DNA of 64,000 nucleotides from Candidatus Latescibacterota bacterium. GTDB taxonomy: Bacteria > Latescibacterota > UBA2968 > UBA8231. Positions 30,624-41,446 of this stretch are shown piece by piece. Numbering within the stretch: the stretch's first letter is position 1; every line of letters starts with the position of its first letter. Location: NCBI GenBank assembly GCA_965208105.1, contig OZ242318.1:2784001-2848000 (forward strand), read 5' to 3'. Position numbers and translations under genes: made by a program. A model generated the notes under the pieces. The model ran no database searches. It worked only from the letters and a program-made list of their open reading frames with translations, and was not told where the DNA came from.

Positions 30624-33600
30624 ATGGCTACTGCCGGTTTCGTGCATCTGCACGGACACAGTGAATACAGTCTTTTGGATGGGGGCTGTTCGATAGGTGA
30701 AATGCCTGTGCGGGCCGCGGAGCACGGGATGCCGGCGCTGGCGATCACCGACCACGGCAACCTGTTTGGCGCCATAGCCCACTACAAGGCCTGCAAGGAA
30801 GCGGGCATCAAACCAATCATCGGCTGCGAGGTTTACGTGGCCATAGAAAGTCGGCATTCGCGCCAGCCCGCCCGGGGGCTCAAGCATGCCTCCAACCACC
30901 TTGTCCTGCTCGCAAAGAACACCACCGGTTACAACAACCTCACCAAACTGGTTTCTGCGGGATATCTGGAGGGCTATTACTACAACCCGAGAATTGACAA
31001 GGAGCTGCTGCGTCAACACGCCGAGGGCCTGATATGTCTTTCTGCCTGCGTAAGCGGCGAAATCCCCCACCTGATACAACAGGAAGGAGTGACTGCAGCC
31101 GAGACAGCCGCCCGCGAATACCTGGACATCTTCGGAGAGAATTACTACCTGGAGATGCAGCGCCACGGCATCGACAACGAGTCCATGATCAACGCTGGTC
31201 TTTTGGAGGTGAGTGAAAAACTAGATGTCCCCTTGGTCGCCACCAACGACTTCCACTTCCTGCGCGCCGAGGACCACGCTGCTCATGCCGCCCTGATCTG
31301 CATCCAGACCGGCAAAACCCTTGCCGATTCCGATCGCATGTGCTACCCCGACGGCCTGTACATGAAATCTCCCGATGAGATGTACCAGCTCTTCGGGGAC
31401 ATTCCCAATGCTCTCGAAAACACCCTCGAAGTTGCCGAAAAGTGCAATCTCGAATTCAATTTCAACAAAATGAACATGCCCGCCTTTCCCATTCCGGAAG
31501 GGTATGCCGACGATAATGAGTACCTCGCCCACCTTGCCGAGGAGGGACTGAAAAATCGATACCCGCGCGTAGATGCCGACCTGCAAAAGCGTCTCGACTA
31601 CGAGATAGGCGTAATCCAGAACATGGGATATGCCGGCTACTTCCTCATCGCGTGGGATTGTGTAAAGTTTGCAAGGGAAAAAAACATTTCCGTAGGACGG
31701 GGACGCGGGTCGGCCGCCGGCTCTCTCGTCGCCTACTCACTGGATATCACCGGCACCGACCCCATCAAGTACAACCTGCTCTTCGAGCGTTTCCTCGACC
31801 CCGAGCGCGGCAGCCCACCCGACATCGACCTCGACTTTGCCGACACCGAGCGCGACCAGCTCATCCGCTACCTGGCAGACAAGTACGGTGAAGCAAACGT
31901 CTGTCAAGTCATCACCTTCGGCACCATGGGCGCCAAGGCGGTGATCCGCGATGTGGGCCGCGTCCTTGGCATGCCTTATGACGAGGTGGACCGAGTGGCC
32001 AAACTGGTTCCGGCCGGACCCAACGTCACCCTCGAAAAAGCCATCGAAAGGGTCCCCGAACTAAAAAAGGAAAGTGCCGCCGCAGCCGAGAAGAGCGAGC
32101 TCTTCTCCTATGCCCGCAAGCTGGAGGGACTGGCACGCCACGCATCCGTTCACGCTTGTGCGGTGATCATCGCTCCCGGCAACCTGACAGATTTCGTCCC
32201 CCTTTACAAGGCCCCGAAGGACGGCCGCGTGACTACCCAGTTCGACGGGCCTACCTGCCTGGACGTCGGGCTGTTGAAGGTGGACATCCTGGGACTCAAG
32301 GAGCTCTCCCTCCTGGACGAGACAGTCCGCCTCATCCGCCAACGGGAACCCGGATTCGACCCCGAAGCCATCCTCTGGGATGATCGCGCGACCTTCGACC
32401 TTTTCAGTCGCGGCGAAACCATCGGAGTATTCCAGTTTGAAAGCAGCGGCATGCGCGACTATCTCAGGCAGCTCAAGCCGGACAAGATAGAAGACCTCAT
32501 TGCCATGGCCGCTCTCTACCGTCCGGGTCCCATGGAATCGATTCCCGATTACATCGCCCGGAAGCACGGCCAGAATGAAGTGGTCTACGATCATACCGAC
32601 ATGGAACCCATACTGGCCGAGACCTATGGTGTCCTGGTCTACCAGGAACAGGTGATGTCGGTCGCTCACAAACTCGCCGGATTCACCCTGAGCAACGCCT
32701 ATAGCATGATCAAGGCCATCGCCAAGAAACAACCCGAAGAGATGGCCAAGATGAGGAAAGCCTTCATCAGCGGTTGCACCGACAATGGGGTTGAAGTGAG
32801 AGTTGCCGAGAAAGTCTTCGGCGATGTCGAGGTTTTCGCCGGGTACGGATTCAACAAATCGCACTCGGCTCCGTATTCCGAAATCGCCTACAGGAACGCC
32901 TATCTCAAAGCCAACTATCCCCAAGAGTACATGGCAGCCAGCTTGACAGTGGCCGGAAACAATACTGCCACTCTGGCGGTATTGCTCGACGAGTGCCGCC
33001 GAATGGAAATCCCGGTTCTTGCTCCCGACGTCAACAACAGCGTCCTCCATTTCACTCCAACCGAGGACGGTATTCGCTTTGGCCTGGCGGCCATAAAGAA
33101 TGTTGGCGAAGGCGCCGCTCGAGGCATTGTAGATGCTCGTCTCCCGGAAACCCCCTTTGGTTCCATTTTCGACCTCTGCGAGCGCGTGGACCTGCGCCTG
33201 GTCAACAGGCGGGTGCTGGAAAGCCTGGCGTCTTCAGGCGCCATGGACGGACTCGAAGGCCACCGCGCCCAGCAGTTCGGTGCCGTGGAGACCGCCCTCA
33301 GGAGCGCCCAGAAGGTTCAGGAGGAGAAAGAACGGGGTCAGATCAGCCTCTTCGGCCCGACGGGCTTCGGCGGCAGCGACATCGAACCTATCGCCCTGCC
33401 GGAAGCGGAAGAATGGTCGGAAACAGAGAAGCTCAAGCGCGAGCGCGAACTTTTGGGCTTTTATCTCTCGGGCCATCCCCTCAGCCGCTACGCCCGGGAT
33501 CTGCAAGCCTTCACCACGCCCATCGCCAGGCTCGACGAGCAGCGCGACGGCGCTCTAATTCGGGTGGGCGGCCTGGTCACCCGCATCAGCACGATTGACC

Positions 33601-34103
33601 GCCGCGGCCAGCAATTCGCCTTTGCAACCCTTGAGGACCTGTCAGGCAGAGGTGATGTAGCTTTCTTTGCCGAGGCCTATGGGGCACACCGGGAACTGCT
33701 CGAGGAGGACCGCGTGATCCTGGTCGAAGGACGCGTATCGGCGAGGAACGGCCGCATGAGCCTTCAGGCGGCAAGTGCGATGCCCCTGAACCAGGCGCGC
33801 GAGGTTCTGACCAGGGCGCTCAACCTGTCGTTGCCCTACGAAGCGGTGCAGGAAGAAATGCTTACCTCACTGCGTCGTATTTGCGAGCGTTATCTTGGCG
33901 AGTGCGAGCTGCTTCTCCACCTCAAAAACGGAGGCCAGAAAAATGCCATAGTGCGCTCGCGCACCATCCGGGTAAAACCCTGCGACGATTTGTTGCGGGA
34001 AATCGATGCCCTGATCGGCCCCAAGCGCACCTGGTTGACCATGGCCTCGCAGCAGGCACGGCAAACATCGTCCGTTTACGAAGGGAAACGCACATCGGCC
34101 TGA
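30624..34103 (+). CDS. dnaE: DNA polymerase III alpha subunit
   Basis: FVHLHGHSEYSLLDG PHP domain, GRGSAAGS, PDIDLDF, GFNKSHS, OB fold. Confidence 0.99.
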   Translation: MATAGFVHLHGHSEYSLLDGGCSIGEMPVRAAEHGMPALAITDHGNLFGAIAHYKACKEAGIKPIIGCEVYVAIESRHSRQPARGLKHASNHLVLLAKNTTGYNNLTKLVSAGYLEGYYYNPRIDKELLRQHAEGLICLSACVSGEIPHLIQQEGVTAAETAAREYLDIFGENYYLEMQRHGIDNESMINAGLLEVSEKLDVPLVATNDFHFLRAEDHAAHAALICIQTGKTLADSDRMCYPDGLYMKSPDEMYQLFGDIPNALENTLEVAEKCNLEFNFNKMNMPAFPIPEGYADDNEYLAHLAEEGLKNRYPRVDADLQKRLDYEIGVIQNMGYAGYFLIAWDCVKFAREKNISVGRGRGSAAGSLVAYSLDITGTDPIKYNLLFERFLDPERGSPPDIDLDFADTERDQLIRYLADKYGEANVCQVITFGTMGAKAVIRDVGRVLGMPYDEVDRVAKLVPAGPNVTLEKAIERVPELKKESAAAAEKSELFSYARKLEGLARHASVHACAVIIAPGNLTDFVPLYKAPKDGRVTTQFDGPTCLDVGLLKVDILGLKELSLLDETVRLIRQREPGFDPEAILWDDRATFDLFSRGETIGVFQFESSGMRDYLRQLKPDKIEDLIAMAALYRPGPMESIPDYIARKHGQNEVVYDHTDMEPILAETYGVLVYQEQVMSVAHKLAGFTLSNAYSMIKAIAKKQPEEMAKMRKAFISGCTDNGVEVRVAEKVFGDVEVFAGYGFNKSHSAPYSEIAYRNAYLKANYPQEYMAASLTVAGNNTATLAVLLDECRRMEIPVLAPDVNNSVLHFTPTEDGIRFGLAAIKNVGEGAARGIVDARLPETPFGSIFDLCERVDLRLVNRRVLESLASSGAMDGLEGHRAQQFGAVETALRSAQKVQEEKERGQISLFGPTGFGGSDIEPIALPEAEEWSETEKLKRERELLGFYLSGHPLSRYARDLQAFTTPIARLDEQRDGALIRVGGLVTRISTIDRRGQQFAFATLEDLSGRGDVAFFAEAYGAHRELLEEDRVILVEGRVSARNGRMSLQAASAMPLNQAREVLTRALNLSLPYEAVQEEMLTSLRRICERYLGECELLLHLKNGGQKNAIVRSRTIRVKPCDDLLREIDALIGPKRTWLTMASQQARQTSSVYEGKRTSA

Positions 34104-34187
34104 TACCAAAACGGCTGAACGTCCAACCTGTATTCAGCCTACCATGCAGGTTCCAGACTGATATCCACTCCCTCCTGAAAGCAGTCC

Positions 34188-34685
34188 ATGAGGAATAACC
34201 TCACCCCCAAATTGTCAATCCTCGCCATGGTCGGTTGGATGGTCGCATGGAGTGGATGCAGCTCCCGGGAAATATCGTTCCCTCCAGCCGCAGACCTCCA
34301 ACTGGAGGACTACAGGGGCAAGGTCGTCCTGCTCAATTTCTGGGCTACCTGGTGTGGACCCTGCAGGTACGAAATCCCGGACCTGGTCAGACTCTACAAA
34401 AGCGTTGACCAAAGCAGGGTTGCCGTCATCAGTGTTTCGCTGGACAGGGAGGGTACGCCCGAACAAATTGAAGACCGGCTGAAGGGGTTCGTGGAGACTT
34501 ACAAGATAAATTACCCGGTTTTCCTCGATTCCGATGGCCGCCTTCATCAGGCTTTCGGCAGCTTTCCGTACGTGCCGGCAACCTTTCTTATCGACCAGAA
34601 CGGGCAGGTCGAAAAATCCTACGCCGGAGCGAGGTCCTTCGAGACCTTTTCCCAGGATATCAAAGCCCTCCTGGACCGGTCCTGA
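34188..34685 (+). CDS. TlpA/ResA family thiol-disulfide oxidoreductase lipoprotein
   Basis: LLNFWATWCGPC; WSGC lipobox. Confidence 0.9.
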   Translation: MRNNLTPKLSILAMVGWMVAWSGCSSREISFPPAADLQLEDYRGKVVLLNFWATWCGPCRYEIPDLVRLYKSVDQSRVAVISVSLDREGTPEQIEDRLKGFVETYKINYPVFLDSDGRLHQAFGSFPYVPATFLIDQNGQVEKSYAGARSFETFSQDIKALLDRS

Positions 34686-34793
34686 TAGTACCCAGGGGCC
34701 CTCGGAGAAATCCAGGGCTGACTTCCCCGGTCGACATTCTCCAAATTTACGGGTTTACCCAGGAACAACGACCTTCAAGAGTGGCTGATTCTG

Positions 34794-34955
34794 GTGTCCC
34801 GTCGCAGAAATAGGTCGCCATTATTCCGCCGATCCATCCCGGCTCACGTTGTTGCCTTCACTCGCCGTACACCACTGGTACGACTCGCTCAGGCGCCTTG
34901 TGAGCCTGGCGCCTCGGCGGCCCAATTGCGTCAACCTATCTCTGCGACGGGACAC
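34794..34955 (-). mobile_element. MITE family 1, complete 162-bp copy B (inverted)
   Basis: Reverse complement aligns end to end with copies A and C. Confidence 0.9.
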
Positions 34956-35200
34956 TAGGAATCAAGTGCCTTTCTGTATTCGAATGAAATTTCTGCGAGG
35001 ATATTGTTGAAGTCTGTGTCGGACAGCTCATGTACATCTCTCAGTTGCCGAGAAGATATCCTTTGGGTTTCAAGTAGCGTCTGATCGAAGATTTTTGATA
35101 TCTCCTCGTTGCGCAGAGAAGTGGTTGTCTTGATAAATCGTATCAGCAACAATCTCAACATCTGAATCTCGGTCCACACCTTTGCTTCGTTATGCGTCAT
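34955..35200 (-). CDS. Small hypothetical protein (AT-rich)
   Basis: 81 aa, AGGAG RBS before the ATG, helical character; stop TAG coincides with the MITE end. Confidence 0.6.
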   Translation of the reverse strand: MTHNEAKVWTEIQMLRLLLIRFIKTTTSLRNEEISKIFDQTLLETQRISSRQLRDVHELSDTDFNNILAEISFEYRKALDS

Positions 35201-35360
35201 GGAATTCTCCTGTTTTTATGTAAATATCCTGGATCAGCAGGGAATTGTCAGGGTCTTCAGACAGGATGATATAACAATCTTCGCCAAACTTCAGGACATG
35301 ATGAAAGTAATTTGAAAAATGGAATCTTCCTTCGTAAGCGTGCGACAAGAGCAAAGGAGA
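35190..35360 (-). pseudogene. 3' remnant of an AT-rich gene, probably truncated by the IS1380 insertion
   Basis: Open frame ...HAYEGRFHFSNYFHHVLKFGEDCYIILSEDPDNSLLIQDIYIKTGEFHDA* overlaps the next start codon; 5' side runs into IS sequence. Confidence 0.35.
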
Positions 35361-35664
35361 CCTGGTCCAAGGTTTTCCCCCAAGCAAAAGGCCTTTCGTT
35401 GCGTTTATTGGAAAAGGTCCATGCTTTCCCGGTCAACCCAACGAAAGGCCACGTGCTGTGAGACGAATGAAAACAGATATTAAGCGCCGTGTCAACGGCG
35501 ATGCCGCCATCGAGTTCGGTGACGAGGGCATGACATCGTACGCGGATCCGGAGCTTTTGATCCGCTAACTGCGACGCATCGGGTTCAATGCCCAGGTGCG
35601 CCGGCATTTGAGTGCCGTGGTCAACGGAGGCGAATTCGGAGTAGTGGCCTTGTGCCGAGGGTGA
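35361..35664 (+). mobile_element. IS1380-family left-end remnant with transposase pseudogene
   Basis: Frame from GTG 35458: VRRMKTDIKRRVNGDAAIEFGDEGMTSYADPELLIR*LRRIGFNAQVRRHL...GGEFGVVALCR resembles the IS1380 N-terminus (IEF..E.LTSYAGLEL); TAA at 35566; ggcctttcgttg/caacgaaaggcc hairpin upstream. Confidence 0.7.
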
Positions 35665-35688
35665 CGGGGCACACCTGCACCCACAAGG

Positions 35689-35985
35689 TCAGTAGCTGGA
35701 ATACAGTTCCTCAAGCACTTCACGGCCATGTCGCTCAACCAATACTTCCTTGAATTTCTCGATGGTAGTATCGGCACGCAGGTGCTCGAGCATGGCCTTT
35801 TTGGACATGACCATGAGGGTGCCGCGACGATAGTCGGGGAAACGGCAAAATGTGGATTCGATCGGTTCGCCGGTAACACAGCAAGTCTCTTCAGGCTCAA
35901 GTTCGACCTGAGACCCCGGGTCGAACAGGAAATCGGTGCCTTCGTCATCCGATGCGGATCTCGAAGTTCTACGTTGTGCGACCAT
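35689..35985 (-). CDS. Small hypothetical protein
   Basis: 98 aa; GAAGGAG RBS; typical codon usage; downstream of map on the same strand. Confidence 0.7.
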   Translation of the reverse strand: MVAQRRTSRSASDDEGTDFLFDPGSQVELEPEETCCVTGEPIESTFCRFPDYRRGTLMVMSKKAMLEHLRADTTIEKFKEVLVERHGREVLEELYSSY

Positions 35986-36059
35986 AAGCTAGCGCTTCTC
36001 CTTCATTAAATTTGACTATCCCAGAAACCGACGAGGGTCCCCCGGGTTCCTCAACGGGT

Positions 36060-36821
36060 TTAGAACGGAAAATCGTCGAACCTGGAAAGAATATCCGGTC
36101 CATTCCTGGTGACTGCCACCGTGTGTTCAAACTGTGCGGAGAGATTGCCGTCTGCTGTGACCGCGGTCCAGTTGTCGTCGAGGAGCCGGGTCTCCGGGTC
36201 TCCCTGGTTTATCATCGGCTCTATGGTGAATACCATGCCGGGCAAAAGACGCCTTCCCGTGCCGACCTCGCCGAAGTGCAGCAACTGAGGTTCCTCGTGA
36301 AAGGACCGTCCCAACCCATGTCCGCAGTACTCCCTCACGACCGAATATCCATTCGCCTCCGCATAGCTTTGGATCGCGTGGCCGATATCTCCCAGCCGTT
36401 TGCCTGCCAGGGCCGCCTCGAGCCCTCGCTCCATGGATTGGCGCGTAGCGTATAGCAAACGCTGCGCCTCCTCACTGGCCCTGCCCACACTGGTAGAGAC
36501 ATTCATATCGCCGTGGTATCCGTCCTTCTTCACGGCTATATCCACGGCCAGAATATCACCCTTTTCCAATACCCGCTCGCCTGGAATGCCATGCACGACC
36601 TCTTCATTGACCGATACGCAAATGCTCCTTGGAAACCCTTTGTAGCCCTTTGCACTTGCCTGAGCGCCCTGGCTGCGAATGTAAGCCGCCGCCACCTGGT
36701 CCAATCTGAGAGTTGTGACGCCGGGAGCTATCTCCTTCATGACCAGTGCCATCGTCTCGGCTGCGACGCGGCAACTCGCCCTGATTTTTTCGATTTCCCG
36801 TGCTGATTTCAGATGGATCAT
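36060..36821 (-). CDS. map: Type I methionine aminopeptidase
   Basis: SVNEEVVHGIP, DGYHGD, GHGLG..FHEEP, TIEPM, AQFEHT; start at ATG 36821. Confidence 0.97.
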   Translation of the reverse strand: MIHLKSAREIEKIRASCRVAAETMALVMKEIAPGVTTLRLDQVAAAYIRSQGAQASAKGYKGFPRSICVSVNEEVVHGIPGERVLEKGDILAVDIAVKKDGYHGDMNVSTSVGRASEEAQRLLYATRQSMERGLEAALAGKRLGDIGHAIQSYAEANGYSVVREYCGHGLGRSFHEEPQLLHFGEVGTGRRLLPGMVFTIEPMINQGDPETRLLDDNWTAVTADGNLSAQFEHTVAVTRNGPDILSRFDDFPF

Positions 36822-36917
36822 GACAATTGCCCCGCAACCTTCCAACTTGCATGCGGCCAAACCTATCCCGGATAAAGATCGCTGATTAGATTCCATCCTG
36901 TCAAGGATACTACCAGC

Positions 36918-37940
36918 ATGCCCGCGCCCCGCGTCACAGTTCTCATGCCCGTATATAACGCCGCCGCCACCCTTGAAGCCGCTGTGGAAAGCCTGCAGAA
37001 CCAGACGATGAAGGACTTTGAACTAGTGGCCGTGGATGACGGCTCCACCGACGGTAGCAGATCCATTCTGCGCGCCCGCCAGCAGACCGATCCCAGGCTG
37101 CGGCCTGCGTTCGAGTCCCATATAGGCCTTGTAGCCGCGCTGAACAGGGGTCTGGAACTGAGCCGGGGTCACCTCATCGCGCGCATGGACGCTGATGATC
37201 TGTCTCACCCCCGGCGCCTGGAAAAACAGGTGCGTCATCTGGAAGCCCATCCCGACGTCAGTGTCGTCGGAAGTCTCGTCAGGTGCTTTCCAAGTGATCA
37301 AGTGAGGGAGGGGTTCCGCATCTACCAGGACTGGATCAACCACCTCGTGAGCCATGGCGACATCGTTCGCGAGATTTTTATTGAAAGCCCCATCGTCCAC
37401 CCCACCGCAATGGTTCGACGTCACGAACTTCTCGCCTTGGGAGCATACCAGGACCGCGGATGGGCTGAAGACTATGATTTGTGGCTGCGCTATTTCGCGG
37501 AAGGGAGGCGATTTGCCAAAGTAGCGGAAGTCCTTTTGTCGTGGCGCGACCACCCGGGGCGCCTGAGCCGTGCGGACAGCCGTTATTCGGTAGAAAACTT
37601 TTTGCGCGCCAAGGCATTCTACCTGGCGAGAGGCCCCTTGCAGAAACGCGATGCAGTGATCGTCTGGGGTGCGGGCAAAACCGGCCGCCGCCTGTCGAAG
37701 CACCTTGTCAGGGAGGGTTGCCCCCTTGCCGCTTTCGTGGACATCGCCCCAGCCAAAATCGGCCGAACCCTGCACAACCGTCCCATAGTCCGTCCTGCCG
37801 ACCTGCCCGCGTTGTGGCGTCGATGGGACCGTCCCCAGCTCCTGGCAGCGGTATCCTCACGGGGGGCCCGCGCTCTCATCCGGCGGCAGTTGGCACGGCT
37901 GAATCTCGAGGAAGGAAAGGATTTTTTGTGCGTGGCTTGA
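36918..37940 (+). CDS. Glycosyltransferase family 2 with C-terminal Rossmann-like domain
   Basis: [29 protein letters not shown]; IVWGAGKTG tail domain. Confidence 0.9.
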   Translation: MPAPRVTVLMPVYNAAATLEAAVESLQNQTMKDFELVAVDDGSTDGSRSILRARQQTDPRLRPAFESHIGLVAALNRGLELSRGHLIARMDADDLSHPRRLEKQVRHLEAHPDVSVVGSLVRCFPSDQVREGFRIYQDWINHLVSHGDIVREIFIESPIVHPTAMVRRHELLALGAYQDRGWAEDYDLWLRYFAEGRRFAKVAEVLLSWRDHPGRLSRADSRYSVENFLRAKAFYLARGPLQKRDAVIVWGAGKTGRRLSKHLVREGCPLAAFVDIAPAKIGRTLHNRPIVRPADLPALWRRWDRPQLLAAVSSRGARALIRRQLARLNLEEGKDFLCVA

Positions 37941-38458
37941 CTGCCGGGAATAGAGTGAAACTTGTACAGGGGGACATCACGCGACTGCATATCGAGGCTA
38001 TCGTCAATGCTGCAAACCGCACCCTTCTGGGCGGTGGAGGTGTGGACGGCGCTATCCATCGAGCAGCAGGTCCGCAATTGCTCGAGGCATGCCGTGCCCT
38101 GGGCGGATGCGCTGCCGGCGAAGCCAAAATCACCCTGGGGTACAGATTGCCTGCCCGCTACATCATCCACACCGTTGGACCGGTCTACCGCGGCATGCCC
38201 GAAGACGCCCGTGTCCTGGCCAGTTGCTACCTCAATTGTCTGAAGTTGGCTTCGCAGCACAGAGTGAAAGGCATTGCCTTTCCCGCCATCAGCTGCGGCC
38301 TCTACGGCTATCCCATCTTCGAGGCTTCCCGGATAGCACTGTCGACTACCCATGAATTCCTTGCGCAGAACCCCTTCCCCCAAAAAGCGATCTTCGTTCT
38401 TCATTCCCAGGCCGACCACGAGACTTACCTGGACTGCCTGAACAGGAATATGGAATAA
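37937..38458 (+). CDS. Macro domain O-acetyl-ADP-ribose deacetylase (YmdB-like)
   Basis: [45 protein letters not shown]; TTGA overlap with the GT2 gene. Confidence 0.93.
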   Translation: MTAGNRVKLVQGDITRLHIEAIVNAANRTLLGGGGVDGAIHRAAGPQLLEACRALGGCAAGEAKITLGYRLPARYIIHTVGPVYRGMPEDARVLASCYLNCLKLASQHRVKGIAFPAISCGLYGYPIFEASRIALSTTHEFLAQNPFPQKAIFVLHSQADHETYLDCLNRNME

Positions 38459-38634
38459 TCAAAGTACCTGGTTGTAGTTCACGGAAATTCGGAAAAAAAT
38501 ATTTTACATTGATATTACAAAAGACCATATTGATAGCTGATGGATTTGAAACGCCGCCCTTATTTTCGATCACGACTTTTTCAGGCCGAATAAAGGCATT
38601 CACCCTATAAGCCAGTTGAAGAAAGGAGCAATAC

Positions 38635-38832
38635 ATGGCCTTCTCGCACACAAATTCAAAAGGCAAGGCTTACTTCTTGCACGCCAGAGAGACAACCCTC
38701 AAAAGCGGCAGCACCCAGACAATCTATTTTTTTGCCGGAGAACAAAAAGAAGGCGCGCTTGATTCCGTCCCCTCCGGCTACGTCGTTTCCGAAACCAAGA
38801 ACGGACTTCCCGTTCTCAAGCGAGCACAGTAA
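38635..38832 (+). CDS. Small basic hypothetical protein, likely a conserved family
   Basis: AAGGAG RBS; pattern MAF.HTNSKG..YFLH...TL..G..QTIYFF...NGLPVLK. Confidence 0.75.
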   Translation: MAFSHTNSKGKAYFLHARETTLKSGSTQTIYFFAGEQKEGALDSVPSGYVVSETKNGLPVLKRAQ

Positions 38833-39143
38833 CCCCTCACTTTTCGGTCTGGGCCTGCAACCCAGACGGTCATTCCACCAGCCGGGTCGCTCGGGCGGCA
38901 GATAGATCGGCGCCCGGGCGTATCTATGTGGGGACTCGACCGCGTGTGCTCCCGTGCTCGCGAGCCGGTCCCCGCCGTGCCCCACACCAGGTTCCCGGGC
39001 AAGGGTGCACACATACTTGCAATAGTTCCCGAAGTTTGTTCCGGTCAAGGAAAGGGGAGGAGGAAGCCTCCATTCCCGGCACGAAAGCAGAGGCCGATTC
39101 GTGGCCGCCTTAAACAAACTTGACGGGGTCAGGAGACAGTAAC

Positions 39144-40130
39144 ATGGATCAGGTACGTTGGGGAATCATCGGTTGCGGCGACGTCACGGAGATCAAAAGT
39201 GGTCCTGCGTTCAATCTGGTTGAAGGTTCCGAGCTTGTGGCGGTGATGCGGCGCAACAAGGAAAAAGCAGAAGACTACGCCAGGCGCCATGACGTGCCAA
39301 AGTGGTACGACGACCCCCTGCAATTGATCTCCGATCCGGACGTGAATGCCATCTATGTGGCCACGCCTACAGGATCGCACGCGGAATATACGCTATTGGC
39401 TGCGGAGGCCGGCAAGCCCGTATATGTCGAAAAACCCATGGCCCGAAATTTCGCGGAGTGCGAAAGGATGATTGAGGCCTGCGAGAAAGCTGCCGTTCCT
39501 CTTTTCGTTGCCTTCTACCGTCGCTGCCTTCCGGCATTCCTGAAGATCAAGGAATTGATTGATGAGGGCGCTATTGGTGAAATACGCTGTATTACTGTTG
39601 CACTGTGCAACCCTCCGGCCATCCTGGACCCGGACAATCCGCCCTGGCGTGTTGTCCCCGAAATTTCGGGCGGCGGATACTTCCTCGATCTGGCCGCGCA
39701 TCAGTTCGACTTCCTTGACTACGTCCTGGGACCGGTAAAGTCTGCCCGCGGTCTGGTGGCAAACCAGGCTGGTCTTTACCGGGCTGAAGACATTGTTTGT
39801 GCAGACTTTGTCTTTGAATCAGGCGTGCTGGGCAGTGGCATCTGGTGTTTTACCGTAGCTGAGTTCAACCGGACCGATTTGACCGAGATAATCGGCAGCA
39901 AGGGCAAGATCACCTTCGACACTTTTGCCATGGGGCCGGTCAGATTGGAGACAGCGGCCGGCGTTGAGGAGTTTAAGCTCTCCCCGCCAACCCACATTCA
40001 GCAACCCTTGATCCAGACCGTTGTAGATGAGTTGCTGGGAAGGGGGAAGTGCCCGAGCACTGGTATCACGGCCGCCCGCACAAGCAGGACCATGGACGAG
40101 ATCGCCGGGAACATCCGATTACCAGGATGA
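39144..40130 (+). CDS. Gfo/Idh/MocA family oxidoreductase
   Basis: WGIIGCGDV, YVATP, VEKP, DLAAH. Confidence 0.9.
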   Translation: MDQVRWGIIGCGDVTEIKSGPAFNLVEGSELVAVMRRNKEKAEDYARRHDVPKWYDDPLQLISDPDVNAIYVATPTGSHAEYTLLAAEAGKPVYVEKPMARNFAECERMIEACEKAAVPLFVAFYRRCLPAFLKIKELIDEGAIGEIRCITVALCNPPAILDPDNPPWRVVPEISGGGYFLDLAAHQFDFLDYVLGPVKSARGLVANQAGLYRAEDIVCADFVFESGVLGSGIWCFTVAEFNRTDLTEIIGSKGKITFDTFAMGPVRLETAAGVEEFKLSPPTHIQQPLIQTVVDELLGRGKCPSTGITAARTSRTMDEIAGNIRLPG

Positions 40131-41096
40131 TCGCAGAATCCGCGCTGCTTCTTTGGCGAAGTAGGTCAGAATCATGTCCGCACCAGCCCTCTTGATCGCG
40201 ACGAGGACTTCCATGATGGCCTTGTCTCGATCAACCCACCCCTTTTCCGCAGCCGCCTGGATCATGCTGTATTCACCAGAGACATTGTAAGCTGCAACGG
40301 GAACATCAAATCCCTGCCTCACCCTTGAAATAACGTCCAGGTAGGCAAGCGCCGGTTTGACCATAACCACGTCGGCCCCTTCTTCAATGTCCAGGGCGAT
40401 TTCCCGCATGGCCTCCCGTTGATTGGCAACATCCATCTGGTAGGTCTTCTTGTCCCCCTTCCTGGGCGCGGAGTCCAGGGCGCCGCGAAAAGGCCCGTAA
40501 AAACAGGAAGCGTACTTGGCGGAGTAGGCCAGGATTCCCACCCCCGAGAATCCAGCTTCATCGAGAGCAAGGCGAATGGCTCCCACCCTTCCATCCATCA
40601 TGTCCGAGGGCGCTACCCAGTCGGCACCGGCTTCGGCGTGGGATACGGACATCCTGCACAGTACTTCAAGTGTCTCGTCGTTCACCACCTCACCCTGAAC
40701 CACCAGTCCATCGTGTCCGTGTGTGGTGTAGGGGTCCAGTGCCACGTCGGTCTGCACGCACAGCTGCGGCAGTTCTGTTGCCAGCTCCCGCAAAGCGCGT
40801 TGGATCACACCGTTGGGATCGTAGGCAGCGGAGGCCTGATCGTCCTTCTTTTCGCAGCAGCCAAACAGGTTTACTGCCGGTATTCCGAGTTCCCAAATTT
40901 CCCTGCATTCCTTCACCAGTTCGTCGACGGAATATCGATACTGGCCAGGCATGGTATCGATCGGCGCGCGAATCCCCTGTCCTTCCGTCACGAACATTGG
41001 ATATATCAAATCATCTGCCTCCACCGATGTTTCGCGGACCAGGGTGCGGATGGCATCGGTTCGGCGCAATCGCCGCGGGCGGTAGGTTAAATCCAT
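40119..41096 (-). CDS. hemB: Porphobilinogen synthase (Asp-rich, Zn-independent type)
   Basis: RPRRLR, DVALDPYTTHGHDG, PSDMMDG, SAKYAS.FYGPFR, MVKP. Confidence 0.98.
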   Translation of the reverse strand: MDLTYRPRRLRRTDAIRTLVRETSVEADDLIYPMFVTEGQGIRAPIDTMPGQYRYSVDELVKECREIWELGIPAVNLFGCCEKKDDQASAAYDPNGVIQRALRELATELPQLCVQTDVALDPYTTHGHDGLVVQGEVVNDETLEVLCRMSVSHAEAGADWVAPSDMMDGRVGAIRLALDEAGFSGVGILAYSAKYASCFYGPFRGALDSAPRKGDKKTYQMDVANQREAMREIALDIEEGADVVMVKPALAYLDVISRVRQGFDVPVAAYNVSGEYSMIQAAAEKGWVDRDKAIMEVLVAIKRAGADMILTYFAKEAARILRSSW

Positions 41097-41446
41097 TGCA
41101 AGGTCCTCAAAGGAAAATGACGGTCACTTTGGTCAATAGCAGGAGGTTTCATCGACAATTCATCAATTACAGCTAAAAATTAATCCGCCCATTCTCCTCC
41201 ATCAAGCAGAGGACTGAAATCGCACCAGGCGGCGGGTGCTCTTCAAATTCCGAACAAATCACGCCTTCTCCGGGCAGCGAATCCTCGAATTGGACCCAAG
41301 GTTGACGAAGGATAAAGGTAGTCCTCATGCTGAAACCAAATTTGGCCGCGTTTCCACGCCACCCCATTTCTTGCTACGGTGCAGAGATGTAGCTAAGTTT
41401 CGAGCCTGTTGCGGTTCGTCGGAAACGGCCCAGACCAGGGGACGCC

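Noticed and set aside
30624-34103. Intein in DnaE
   Set aside because: Normal length (1159 aa) with no intein motifs
37481-37936. N-terminal extension of the macro-domain ORF
   Set aside because: Alternative frame inside the GT2 gene; TTG 37937 gives a standard macro domain
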